Source of the DNA: Candidatus Nomurabacteria bacterium
GTDB taxonomy: Bacteria > Patescibacteriota > Minisyncoccia > Phycocordibacterales > UBA9973
Assembly (NCBI GenBank): GCA_026395895.1
Contig: JAPLXV010000003.1
Span: 1 to 56,600 of the forward strand
Direction of reading: 5' to 3'
DNA: 56,600 bases
A program made the position numbers and the translations under genes. The notes under the pieces are model-generated. The model was not told where the DNA came from. It worked only from the letters and a program-made list of their open reading frames with translations, and made no database searches. How positions within the stretch are numbered: the stretch's first letter is position 1; the number at the start of each line of letters is the position of its first letter. Below are positions 1-9,715 of the stretch, one piece after another.

Positions 1-1506
<1,506 letters not shown>

Positions 1507-1512
1507 AAATCC

Positions 1513-2037
1513 ATGCTTAATAAATTCAAAATTTTTACTGTTTTTATTGGCTGTCTATTATTTAGATTGCTCCCTTTAAGAGCACCTAATGTGGAGCCGA
1601 TAATGGCTTCTATTATGCCCCTAGGACGCAAATTTGGAGCCTTGACGGGTTTTTTATTTGGCTTCCTATCTATTATTATCTATGATCTTTTTACTCATTT
1701 TGGGGCTTGGACTTGGACGGTATCCATAACCTATGGGCTTGTTGGAATAGCTTCTTTTTTTTATTTTAAAAGGTTTAAATCTTCAGCTTTTAACTTTGCA
1801 GTTTTCGCATTTTTTGCCACCATAATTTTTGATTTAATAACTGGAGTTTTATTTGCTCCAATGTTTGGGCAAACTATGCTTAATGCTTTAGTTATGCAAA
1901 TTCCTTTTACTGCCCTGCACCTAGCAGGGAATATTGGTTTTGCACTTACTTTAAGTCCGCTTATAAACAAGTGGCTTGCGTCCGAACAATTTTTTGCACT
2001 AAAAACAAGTCCCTCATTGTCAGGAGCAAAAATTTAA
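1513..2037 (+). CDS. Polytopic membrane protein of unknown function (weak DUF6580 / ECF S-component-like N-terminal motif)
   Basis: 174 aa ORF, hydrophobic throughout, with an RLLPLRAPNVEPIMA motif near the N-terminus. It lies 6 nt after ligA. Confidence 0.7.
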   Translation: MLNKFKIFTVFIGCLLFRLLPLRAPNVEPIMASIMPLGRKFGALTGFLFGFLSIIIYDLFTHFGAWTWTVSITYGLVGIASFFYFKRFKSSAFNFAVFAFFATIIFDLITGVLFAPMFGQTMLNALVMQIPFTALHLAGNIGFALTLSPLINKWLASEQFFALKTSPSLSGAKI

Positions 2038-3649
2038 TGTAGATTAAGAACATGGAGGCGTCGCATAGCGGTCTAGTGCACCATCTTGGAAAGGTGGCAG
2101 ACCTGAAAGGGTTTCGAGAGTTCAAATCTCTCCGCCTCCGCAATTTTTCAAAAAGGGTTTCCGAATGCAAAATGGGGTCGGCGCGAAGCGCCGACACTAA
2201 TGTATTTCCCCCGCCGAATTCAGAATCCAAAAGGGTTTTCCACGCTCCGCGTGGCTCAAAAAGTACGGTTCGATCTTTAATTAAAAAGTTCGAACCGACT
2301 TTTTTAAACAAATGAAGATTTTCTTCATTTGTTTTCTCGTTTGCCAATTCCATATTGTATATATTGGCTTTTAGGAATTTGTCGGTAAGTTCGAACCGAT
2401 TATGAGATTTTTTCTCAAAAGCTAGTAATTTCTCTTTGAGAAGCTGTTTTGAGCTAACCAACTTGTTTTTAGATTCGCGATATTCGTCGAGTGAAAGTGC
2501 ATTTTCAAGATAAGCGTTCATCAGCTTCTCAACTTTTGAATCCAAAAGAGAAATTTCATCTTTTGTTTTTTGAGAAAAAATCTCACTCGATTGATTTTCT
2601 GATTGTCGGTCTTTCTCATTTTCGACAATCATCCAATTTGCCCAATCGAGTGGCGAAGAAACTTTTTTGATTTCTTCCTTAATTTGAGAAGTGATGATTT
2701 CCTTACGAACATATTTTTGCAAACAAGGATTTTTCCGTTTGGTACAGCGAAGATAATTATGACCTTTTTGTGTTTCGGTAGTTATAAAACATCCACATTC
2801 TCCACAACGGAAAAATCCTCTATACAAAAATGGTTTCAATCCTTTGCTATGCGGTTTAGATTTTCGGCTCATCACTTCTTGAACAGAATCAAAAAGTTTC
2901 TTTGTGATAATCGGCTTGTGCTTTCCTTCGTATATTTCACCACCATATCTCATCAAGCCAGTGAATATCGGATTTCTCAAAATTTGTTGGTAGTTGGAAA
3001 CGGAAAGCACCTTTCCATTCTTTCTACTCAATCCAAGAGCGTTAAACTTATCGTGGAGCTGTCGCAAAGTGAAATTTCCAGTTGCGTAGGCCTCAAATGT
3101 TTTCTTGATTAACGGAGCAATATTTTCATCTGGTACTATTCCAGCACCTTTCACATTTACATAACCCAGAGGCGACATTTGAGGCCATATACCGTCTTTC
3201 ACTTTGTTTCTGTGCCCACGCTTGATATTCTCACTCAAATTGTCCACATAGTACTTGGATTGCGAAAAAGCAATGGAAAGCATGAACTTACCTTGTGGAG
3301 TTGTATCACACCAGAAAGTTGGAAAATTAAGCTCGGCAATTTTTCCCGTATCGAGCAAATATATTATCTTTCCACCATCAACAGAATTACGAGCAAGGCG
3401 GTCTGGATGCCACGCTAAAATTCCACTTGCCTCATTTGCTTCGATACGGAGAAGCATTTCATTAAATACTGGCCGACCCGGAGCTTTAGCGGTTTGTTTC
3501 TCCACGAAAATATCTACAACCTCAATTTGTTCTTTAACCGCTAACTCTTTGAGTTCGGCCAGTTGGTCTGAAATGCTTCTAACTTGCCGATCTTCTGTGT
3601 CGGTAGATTTTCTAGTGTATATAAAAAATTTTCTAGTTTGGTTATTCAT
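1961..3649 (-). CDS. Large serine recombinase (integrase); ORF reads through attL and antisense to tRNA-Ser
   Basis: N-terminal resolvase motif IYTRKSTDTEDRQ..SISDQ, a recombinase domain, a zinc ribbon (CGECGC...LRCTKRKNPC) and a coiled coil. There is no stop before 1961, so the last ~100 codons come from the X arm, the tRNA antisense strand and the 3' end of the preceding gene. Confidence 0.9.
   Translation of the reverse strand: MNNQTRKFFIYTRKSTDTEDRQVRSISDQLAELKELAVKEQIEVVDIFVEKQTAKAPGRPVFNEMLLRIEANEASGILAWHPDRLARNSVDGGKIIYLLDTGKIAELNFPTFWCDTTPQGKFMLSIAFSQSKYYVDNLSENIKRGHRNKVKDGIWPQMSPLGYVNVKGAGIVPDENIAPLIKKTFEAYATGNFTLRQLHDKFNALGLSRKNGKVLSVSNYQQILRNPIFTGLMRYGGEIYEGKHKPIITKKLFDSVQEVMSRKSKPHSKGLKPFLYRGFFRCGECGCFITTETQKGHNYLRCTKRKNPCLQKYVRKEIITSQIKEEIKKVSSPLDWANWMIVENEKDRQSENQSSEIFSQKTKDEISLLDSKVEKLMNAYLENALSLDEYRESKNKLVSSKQLLKEKLLAFEKKSHNRFELTDKFLKANIYNMELANEKTNEENLHLFKKVGSNFLIKDRTVLFEPRGAWKTLLDSEFGGGNTLVSALRADPILHSETLFEKLRRRRDLNSRNPFRSATFPRWCTRPLCDASMFLIYIKFLLLTMRDLFLVQKIVRTQATCL
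2054..2140 (+). tRNA. tRNA-Ser (anticodon GGA), no encoded CCA
   Basis: Acceptor GGAGGCG/CGCCTCC. Anticodon stem CCATC/GGTGG with loop TTGGAAA. Long variable arm. T arm GAGAG-TTCAAAT-CTCTC. Discriminator G at 2140. Confidence 0.9.
2144..2257 (+). repeat. X arm (P' arm of the att site), diverged inverted repeat of 3671-3784
   Basis: Collinear with the reverse complement of 3671-3784. Both encode EPRGAW....GGN...ALRAD....SE.LFEKL and keep the hairpins CCACGC-GGA-GCGTGG and GTCGGCGC-TTC-GCGCCGAC (CGGCAC-TTC-GTGCCG in X'). Confidence 0.75.
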
Positions 3650-3670
3650 ATTGTTGTATTGGCTAGCGAG

Positions 3671-3784
3671 GAGCCACGCGGAGCGTGGCGAATCCTTTCA
3701 GAATCAGGATTTTTTGGGGGGAATTCAGAACAGACGGCACTTCGTGCCGATCATTTTTTTGGTTCCGAAGCCCTTTTCGAAAAA
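3671..3784 (-). repeat. X' arm, inverted copy of the X arm
   Basis: See 2144-2257. It abuts core TTGCGG at 3785-3790. Confidence 0.75.
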
Positions 3785-3790
3785 TTGCGG

Positions 3791-4016
3791 TATTCATTGT
3801 ACAAAATTCGAACCTTTTTTGAAAGCAATCCTGATGAAGAAATCTGAAACAATGCGGACGAAGTTTTGCGGAAACAATTTTCTGGGGAAAGGATTCCGCA
3901 AAACTTCGGCTGATTCCTTTTTTCTGAATTCGGATGTCGCAAGCGGAGGAGGAGGGGTCTGGGGAGGAATCCTCCGCTTGCTCCTCTTTTTGTTTTGGCA
4001 AAATTCGGGCGGGCTT
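3791..4016 (+). repeat. Y arm: 226 bp inverted repeat, near-identical to 6046-6271
   Basis: I count 4 mismatches against the reverse complement of 6046-6271. Perfect internal stems CGAAGTTTTGCGGAA 3859-3873 / TTCCGCAAAACTTCG 3894-3908 and GCAAGCGGAGGA 3939-3950 / TCCTCCGCTTGC 3970-3981. Confidence 0.9.
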
Positions 4017-4032
4017 CCATAAAAAATACAGA

Positions 4033-4061
4033 TTGATAAAATCCATAATTTTTGCTATCAT
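4033..4061 (+). promoter_or_regulatory. Candidate sigma-70 promoter for the element cargo operon
   Basis: TTGATA 4033-4038, 17 nt spacer, TATCAT 4056-4061, about 60 nt upstream of the XRE gene. Confidence 0.35.
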
Positions 4062-4120
4062 TGTTTTGTGAGCAAAGAAAGTAATCACTCATAAGATAAT
4101 ACTATCAAAGTTTGGATACT

Positions 4121-4318
4121 ATGGCAACTATATCAGAAAACATAAAACGAATACGAACAAAACAAGGATTGACGCAAGACGACTTGTCGAAGAAAGCGGA
4201 CATCAAATACTCTACCCTGACAAAAATTGAGGGTGGCGTCGTTACCAAACCAAGCGTTCAAACAATTCAAAAAATCGCCAAGTCGTTAGGCGTTTCCATT
4301 GAGGAATTATTAAAATAA
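4121..4318 (+). CDS. XRE-family helix-turn-helix transcriptional regulator
   Basis: NIKRIRTKQGLTQDDLSKKADIKYSTLTKIEGG..KPSVQTIQKIAKSLGVSIEELL is a classic HTH_3 pattern. ATG at 4121 is preferred over the TTG at 4112 in the track. Confidence 0.85.
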   Translation: MATISENIKRIRTKQGLTQDDLSKKADIKYSTLTKIEGGVVTKPSVQTIQKIAKSLGVSIEELLK

Positions 4319-4329
4319 CTTAAAAAATT

Positions 4330-4941
4330 ATGTATATACCACTTTGGATAATTGTTATCGGTGTCGTCGTATATTTCTTTTGGGCTAAAAACAAAAAAGA
4401 AAAACCGGAACACAAAAAAGAAGCAACCCCGCCTTTAAATGACAAAAGAACAAGTTTGAATCCTTTATTTTCTGAAGAAGAAATAGCTCGCAAAAAAGAA
4501 ACCGCAGACAAATGGCAAGAATATGTTGTGCAGTATTTTGATGAGTTGTTCAATCAAGAAAAAAAAGAAGTAGAAGCTCACCAGAAATCTGGTAAAGATA
4601 AGGACACTTTCAAGCCAAGTGAAAAACTTATAGGCATTATTCAAAAACAATCAATGTCATTATTGGGACGAAATAATGCAATGAAAGATTATCGAAAAAT
4701 GATTGAATCCAATATTGCTATTATTAACGGAGGAGAAATTGAGAAAGTGGAAAAAACATATTGGGATCAAATGTGCCATATTCCTTACGATAACTTTGAC
4801 ATTATTTATAACCCCGATATTTATTTGGACGATAAAGAAATGAAGGAAATGTACAATAGCAATATGGAGCATCGCAAGAAATTCTGGAAAGACAGTTGGG
4901 ACTACATTCTTAAAAAAGAGTATGTGCAGAAAGAAGACTAA
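4330..4941 (+). CDS. Hypothetical protein with N-terminal transmembrane anchor (element cargo)
   Basis: 203 aa ORF with N-terminal IPLWIIVIGVVVYFFW, then a charged K/E-rich region. I recognise no family. Confidence 0.6.
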   Translation: MYIPLWIIVIGVVVYFFWAKNKKEKPEHKKEATPPLNDKRTSLNPLFSEEEIARKKETADKWQEYVVQYFDELFNQEKKEVEAHQKSGKDKDTFKPSEKLIGIIQKQSMSLLGRNNAMKDYRKMIESNIAIINGGEIEKVEKTYWDQMCHIPYDNFDIIYNPDIYLDDKEMKEMYNSNMEHRKKFWKDSWDYILKKEYVQKED

Positions 4942-4965
4942 TTATTAAAATAACTTAAATACACT

Positions 4966-5502
4966 ATGGACAAAAATAATATAAAACCAAAAGAATTATT
5001 TGAGAAATTAAAATCGGTTGGATTAGCCGAAGAAGTAAGCCCATTTTTATTAAAAGGAATAGATACTCACACTGAAAAAGATAATTTGGGTGGGTATTTA
5101 GTGTTAGAAGATCTAAAAGATTTTATTAAGAAAAAACTACCGTCCCTAGAGCAAAAAATAAGTGGCTGGGCAAAAGGAGGAATGCGTTCTTATACTAAAG
5201 ATGAGTTACTTGCATACGAACAAAGCAAGGTGCTTATTGATTTGCTTGAATCAACGGGTGGAAACGGCGAAAAACTTAGGGAATATTGGTTATCACATTG
5301 TCCAACACAACACAAAACAATCAAGGAATCAAAATTGTTTGACTCAAATAGTGAAGAAACAGAAGTTTTTGATAAAGTTCTTGGAAAAATCGTGAAAGAT
5401 GGTGGTGACGAAAATGATGAGAATTTTTTAAAGGAAGTTGAAAAGCGTTTGGGACACCCAATCAAAAACTTTTTTGATTGGTCGCTTCCTAGCGAAAAAT
5501 AA
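4966..5502 (+). CDS. Hypothetical protein (element cargo)
   Basis: 178 aa ORF on the same strand and tightly spaced. I recognise no family. Confidence 0.6.
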   Translation: MDKNNIKPKELFEKLKSVGLAEEVSPFLLKGIDTHTEKDNLGGYLVLEDLKDFIKKKLPSLEQKISGWAKGGMRSYTKDELLAYEQSKVLIDLLESTGGNGEKLREYWLSHCPTQHKTIKESKLFDSNSEETEVFDKVLGKIVKDGGDENDENFLKEVEKRLGHPIKNFFDWSLPSEK

Positions 5503-5503
5503 A

Positions 5504-6040
5504 GTGGAATTTTCAGAAATTCTTAAAAGTATAGAAAGTAAGTCTACTAAAGCAAACCATGAGTTGATTTGGGCTTATTTTTTTATTTTTCACTTAAACA
5601 AAGAAAAATCTTTTGACTATGAAGTTGAGGAAGGTCCAAATGACTTAACCGATGTTTATGCAAAATCTAAAAGCGAAAAGTTTCCAGTTTTGAAATTACA
5701 ACTTACATGGGCAAAAGAAAAAGATTTCAGTCCTAAAATAGTAATTAAGGATTTGAAGTTTAGTACAGAAATTATTTTAGAAGCCGTTAAAAGAAAATAC
5801 GAAAAGTATGAAAAACAAGGTAAAGCGGATTCACTAAATGAAATAATTCTTGTTATACAAGGCGACCTTCCAAGTGGGTGGGATGATTTAGTTGATGATA
5901 AAAAAATAAAAGAAGAAATTGTAAAATATCCTTTTCGTGGAATTTATTACATTACTCCACCTGGAACTAAATCATCCTTGAAAGATAGAACGCCTATTAT
6001 GCATAACGGATTCGTTCTATGTTTCAAGGAGGCATTTTAA
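5504..6040 (+). CDS. Hypothetical protein (element cargo); start uncertain (GTG 5504 or ATG 5438)
   Basis: The ORF is open over 5438-6040. GTG at 5504 lies 1 nt after the upstream stop, whereas ATG at 5438 would overlap by 65 nt. Confidence 0.55.
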   Translation: MEFSEILKSIESKSTKANHELIWAYFFIFHLNKEKSFDYEVEEGPNDLTDVYAKSKSEKFPVLKLQLTWAKEKDFSPKIVIKDLKFSTEIILEAVKRKYEKYEKQGKADSLNEIILVIQGDLPSGWDDLVDDKKIKEEIVKYPFRGIYYITPPGTKSSLKDRTPIMHNGFVLCFKEAF

Positions 6041-6045
6041 TTTAT

Positions 6046-6271
6046 AAGCCCGCCCGAATTTCGCCAAAACAAAAAGAGGAGCAAGCGGAGGATTCCTCCC
6101 CAGACCCCTCCTCCTCCGCTTGCGACATCCGAATTCGGAAAAAAGGAATCAGCCGAAGTTTTGCGGAATCCTTTCCCCAGAAAATTGTTTCCGCAAAACT
6201 TCGTCCTCATTGTTTCAGATTTCTTCATCGGGATTGCTTTCAAAAAAGGTTCGAATTTTGTACAATGAATA
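6046..6271 (-). repeat. Y' arm, inverted copy of 3791-4016, abutting the attR core at 6272-6277
   Basis: See 3791-4016. Confidence 0.9.
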
Positions 6272-6307
6272 CCGCAAATGGTTTTTTTATGCTAAAATTG
6301 TAGGTAT

Positions 6308-6805
6308 ATGGAACAAAATAAAAACTTGGGTTATATTTTAGGATTATTAAGATTAATAATAGGTTGGGTTTTCTTGTGGGCTTTTATTGATAAATTATTT
6401 GGTTTGGGTTTTGCCACAATAGCTGAAAAATCTTGGCTCGCCGGAGTTTCTCCGACTGCCGGATTTTTGCAATTCGGCGTGCATGGCCCTTTTGCCGATT
6501 TCTTTCACAGTCTGGCTGGTCTTCCGTTGATAGATTGGTTATTTATGCTCGGTTTATTATTTATTGGCGTTTCTTTGATGTTCGGTATTTTTATGAAGCT
6601 AGGTGGTTTTTCCGGAATAATTATGTTGGTTCTTATGTATGGAGCTCTTGGATTATCTCCGGCTAATAACCCACTGATAGATGAGCACATCATTTATATT
6701 CTAGTTATTTTTGTTTTGATGATGACAAACTCCGGACAATATTGGGGTTTTGGTAAATGGTGGGAGGGTACTTCTTTTGTGCAAAAATATAAGTTTTTAA
6801 AATAG
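6308..6805 (+). CDS. DoxX-family membrane protein
   Basis: LGLLRLIIGWVFLWAFIDKLFG motif, four hydrophobic segments, 165 aa. Confidence 0.8.
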   Translation: MEQNKNLGYILGLLRLIIGWVFLWAFIDKLFGLGFATIAEKSWLAGVSPTAGFLQFGVHGPFADFFHSLAGLPLIDWLFMLGLLFIGVSLMFGIFMKLGGFSGIIMLVLMYGALGLSPANNPLIDEHIIYILVIFVLMMTNSGQYWGFGKWWEGTSFVQKYKFLK

Positions 6806-6816
6806 TCGTAAAATTA

Positions 6817-6954
6817 TTAGAAAAATAATGTAACGAAGTGAAATATATTTTTCTTAACCCTGTTAAATAATTTTTGCAAGGTAAAAATTGCCCGAAGGGC
6901 ATTTAACAGGGTGATGATTTTTATACTCATTACATTCGTTAAAAATCAATCATG
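6817..6954 (+). ncRNA. Structured leader element, copy 1 (ends at the ATG of the cupin gene)
   Basis: Shares TTAGAAAAATAA...ATATTTTTCTTAACCC..GTTAAATAATTTT...TTTAACAGGGTGATGATTTT...AAAATCAATCATG with 27631-27776. There is a 12 bp stem 6857-6868/6901-6912 enclosing two hairpins. Confidence 0.55.
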
Positions 6955-7350
6955 AAAGGATTTAATGTAAACATAGAGAAAGAAACTTTGGAGAATACAA
7001 ATTTTCGCAAAGTTTTATATACGGGCAAACATAGCCAGTTGGTTTTAATGAGTTTAAAACCCAATGAAGAAATTGGCATGGAAGTTCATACTGACAACGA
7101 TCAATTTTTCCGCATAGAAAGCGGACATGGCAAATGTATTATTGATGGTAATTCCTATGACCTGATCGATGGGTCGGTTATTATTGTTCCTTCTGGTGCT
7201 CAGCACAATGTCATCAATACATCCAGCTCAGAAGATTTGAAACTCTACACAATTTATTCTCCAGCTCATCATCAAGATGGGGTAGTAAGATTTACTAAAG
7301 CAGAAGCGGAAGCCGACAGTCCAGAATTTGATGGAAAAACAACGGAATAA
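6952..7350 (+). CDS. Cupin domain protein
   Basis: GMEVHTDNDQFFRIESGHG...VIIVPSGAQHNVINT shows cupin motifs 1 and 2. Confidence 0.85.
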   Translation: MKGFNVNIEKETLENTNFRKVLYTGKHSQLVLMSLKPNEEIGMEVHTDNDQFFRIESGHGKCIIDGNSYDLIDGSVIIVPSGAQHNVINTSSSEDLKLYTIYSPAHHQDGVVRFTKAEAEADSPEFDGKTTE

Positions 7351-7358
7351 AAAAGTTC

Positions 7359-8852
7359 ATGAAATTAACCAAAACCGATTATCTCATATGGAAAGATTGC
7401 GCCAAAAATGCTTGGCTTAAAATACACAAGCCAGATATTTATTTTGCCGAACCTTTATCTGCTTTTGATCAGGGGATAATAGAAACAGGCAATGAAGTTG
7501 ATGTTCTAGCTCGAGAACTATTTCCGGGTGGTGTTTTAGTGTCAGGACTTGATGCCTCAGAAGAAACAAAAAAATTAATAAAATCCCAAACGTCTGTGAT
7601 TTATCAGCCGGTATTTGAGACTGCTTTATATAAAGTTATTTGTGATATTTTAGTATGGAATGCGGATTCCAAAACATATGATTTATATGAAGTAAAAGCT
7701 TCCAACAGCGGAGATGACAAAAAGAAAAAAGACGAACTTTACACTTACGACATTGCTTTTCAATATTTGGTGCTTAAAGAGTTGAATGTTCCTTTAGGAA
7801 GATTATCTCTTGTAAGATTTAATAGTGAATATGTAAGAGGAGCAGAACTTGATTTGGAGCAACTTTTTTTGAAAGAGGATTTTACTGAAAAAGTTATGAA
7901 AGTATCCAATATGGTTAAAGAAGAAATGAAAATCGCTCAAGAATTTCTTGCTTCTGAAAAAGAGCCATTTGGCCCATGCAAATGCGTTACTCGGGGAAGA
8001 AGCGCTCATTGCACCACTTTTTCGTATTCAAATCCTCATATTCCAGATTACAGCGTGCATGATATTTCTCGCATAGGGATGTCAAAAAAGAAACTAGAGG
8101 AATTGATTGATAGTAGTATTTTTCTTATTGAAGACGTTCCAGAAGATTTTCCATTAAGTGAAAAACAAAGAAATCAAGTTACGGCTACTCAACTGGATAA
8201 AGTTTTTATAAAAAAAGATGAAATAAATGCTTTTTTAAAAAATATTTCTATGCCAATATCTTTTTTGGACTATGAAACTTTTGCAGCTGGAATTCCGAGG
8301 TTTGCTGGTTTTAGTCCTTTTAATCAAATAACTTTTCAATTTTCCTTGCATATTCTTGAAGAAAAAGACAAGGAACCCAGACATGCTGAATTTATTTTTA
8401 CAGAAGATAAAAATCCGGATGAAGAATTTATTTTAGCCTTGAAAGAAAAATTACCAAGCAAAGGTTCAGTTATAACTTGGAATAAAAGTTTTGAGATGGG
8501 AAGAAATAAAAATCTTGCAAAAAGAAATCCAGAACATAAAGAATTTTTGGAAAATTTGAATTCCAGAGTTATCGATTTGATGGATGTTTTTTCTGAACAG
8601 CACTATATTCATCCTAAATTTAAGGGGAAAACGTCTATAAAATATATTTTACCTGTTCTTGCTCCAGAATTATCTTACAAAGCGCTTGATATACAAGAAG
8701 GAGCTAGTGCTTCAGACTCATGGAATAAAATAGTAAAAGGTGAGTATTCTAAAGAGGAGAGACTAGAAAAAATTGAACAATTAAAAACATACTGCAAACT
8801 TGATACCTATGCGATGTACGCAATCTGGAAGCATTTAAGTGATTTAGTTTAA
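7359..8852 (+). CDS. DUF2779-like protein (N-terminal PD-(D/E)XK/Cas4-like nuclease fold with Cys cluster, C-terminal exonuclease-like domain)
   Basis: 497 aa with LYEVKAS, the Cys cluster GPCKCV...HCT, and ISFLDYETFAAGIPRF...QFSLHI, as in DUF2779 proteins. Confidence 0.75.
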   Translation: MKLTKTDYLIWKDCAKNAWLKIHKPDIYFAEPLSAFDQGIIETGNEVDVLARELFPGGVLVSGLDASEETKKLIKSQTSVIYQPVFETALYKVICDILVWNADSKTYDLYEVKASNSGDDKKKKDELYTYDIAFQYLVLKELNVPLGRLSLVRFNSEYVRGAELDLEQLFLKEDFTEKVMKVSNMVKEEMKIAQEFLASEKEPFGPCKCVTRGRSAHCTTFSYSNPHIPDYSVHDISRIGMSKKKLEELIDSSIFLIEDVPEDFPLSEKQRNQVTATQLDKVFIKKDEINAFLKNISMPISFLDYETFAAGIPRFAGFSPFNQITFQFSLHILEEKDKEPRHAEFIFTEDKNPDEEFILALKEKLPSKGSVITWNKSFEMGRNKNLAKRNPEHKEFLENLNSRVIDLMDVFSEQHYIHPKFKGKTSIKYILPVLAPELSYKALDIQEGASASDSWNKIVKGEYSKEERLEKIEQLKTYCKLDTYAMYAIWKHLSDLV

Positions 8853-8944
8853 AATCTTGGTCCGTTGTCTAACCAACCTAAATAAAGACCCAAAAGCACA
8901 AAAATAATAGTTAAAATGATTAGAATCCAATCAATCTTTTTCAT
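8849..8944 (-). CDS. Possible 31 aa single-pass membrane peptide (not in track)
   Basis: Reverse strand reads ATG AAA AAG ATT GAT TGG..., giving MKKIDWILIILTIIFVLLGLYLGWLDNGPRF then a stop. It is short, so weak. Confidence 0.25.
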   Translation of the reverse strand: MKKIDWILIILTIIFVLLGLYLGWLDNGPRF

Positions 8945-8999
8945 AGTGGAATTATAACTCTTAATAGAATTTAAACCAATTTTGTGATATATTTTCTAT

Positions 9000-9710
9000 A
9001 TGGAAAAGGAAATAAAAAAAGGCAAAGAACACCCGCTTTCTATAATCATAAATAAGTCAGTCAAAATTTTCACTGATTTGGGTTTTGAAATTGCTACTGG
9101 GCCAGAATTGGAAAATATTTGGCATAATTTCGATGCTTTGAATATTCCAAAAGATCATCCAGCTCGCGATATGCAAGATACTTTTTATATTAAAGGAGAA
9201 AAAGATAAAGTTTTAAGAACACATACTTCCAATGTGCAGATTAGATATATGGAAAATTTAGTGAAATCAGGCGGGAAGCCCCCCTTTGCCATCATTGCTC
9301 CTGGAAAATGTTTTAGAAATGAAGCGACAGATGCGACACATGAAATGCAATTTTATCAAATTGAAGGATTGATGATTGGGGAAGATATTAATATGGCTCA
9401 CCTAAAAGGAGTTCTTTCTCATTTTTATAAAAAAATGTTAGGCGACGATGTTGATCTTCGTTTTCGTCCGAGTTTTTTTCCTTTTACTGAACCATCCATA
9501 GAATTCGATTTGAAATTTAATGGTAAATGGCTTGAGATAGGAGGAGCTGGAATGGTGCATCCAAATGTTCTTAAGAATTGTGGTATTGATTCGGATAAAT
9601 ATCAAGGTTTTGCTTTTGGTCCAGGTCTAGAAAGATTGATGGTTATTAAATATGGTATGCCTGATATCCGTCCAGCTTATCAGGGCGACTTAAGATTCAA
9701 TCAATTTTAA
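9000..9710 (+). CDS. pheS: Phenylalanine--tRNA ligase alpha subunit (short form lacking the N-terminal coiled coil)
   Basis: HPL..I...F..LGF....GPE, DHPARDMQDTFY, LRTHTS, FRPSFFPFTEPS, GAGMVHPNV; 236 aa. Confidence 0.95.
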   Translation: MEKEIKKGKEHPLSIIINKSVKIFTDLGFEIATGPELENIWHNFDALNIPKDHPARDMQDTFYIKGEKDKVLRTHTSNVQIRYMENLVKSGGKPPFAIIAPGKCFRNEATDATHEMQFYQIEGLMIGEDINMAHLKGVLSHFYKKMLGDDVDLRFRPSFFPFTEPSIEFDLKFNGKWLEIGGAGMVHPNVLKNCGIDSDKYQGFAFGPGLERLMVIKYGMPDIRPAYQGDLRFNQF

Positions 9711-9715
9711 AATAT

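Larger units (their letters stand above)
2138..6277. mobile_element. Integrated element at the tRNA-Ser 3' end: large serine recombinase, inverted internal attP-like site, XRE regulator and three unknown cargo genes
   Basis: CCGCAA core at 2138-2143 (tRNA|X arm), 3785-3790 (inverted, X'|Y arms) and 6272-6277 (Y'|chromosome). Flank sharing matches attL / attP / attR. Confidence 0.75.

Noticed and set aside
2052-2315. Track ORF (87 aa, + strand) covering the tRNA-Ser and arm X
   Set aside because: It starts inside the tRNA gene and reads through the att arm hairpins. It is explained by the tRNA plus the repeat, with no protein-like features.
3255-4092. Several overlapping track ORFs on both strands (3255-4022, 3584-3847, 3663-4088, 3751-4092), plus 6019-6303, 6037-6243 and 6120-6341
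   Set aside because: They are open frames generated by the GC-rich X'/Y/Y' repeat arms or lie antisense to the recombinase. The same peptides appear in both Y copies only because the DNA is repeated.
6817-6954. Assignment of the duplicated leader to a known riboswitch class (the fluoride-type GAUGAU motif was considered)
   Set aside because: Only a short GATGAT resemblance exists. The overall helices and conserved nucleotides do not match any class I can recall, and the two downstream genes (a cupin and rpoB) share no obvious ligand logic.
8853-8999. T-box or other leader upstream of pheS, and similarly upstream of thrS
   Set aside because: The intergenic regions are too short (about 150 nt and 80 nt), and I saw no specifier or T-box consensus.
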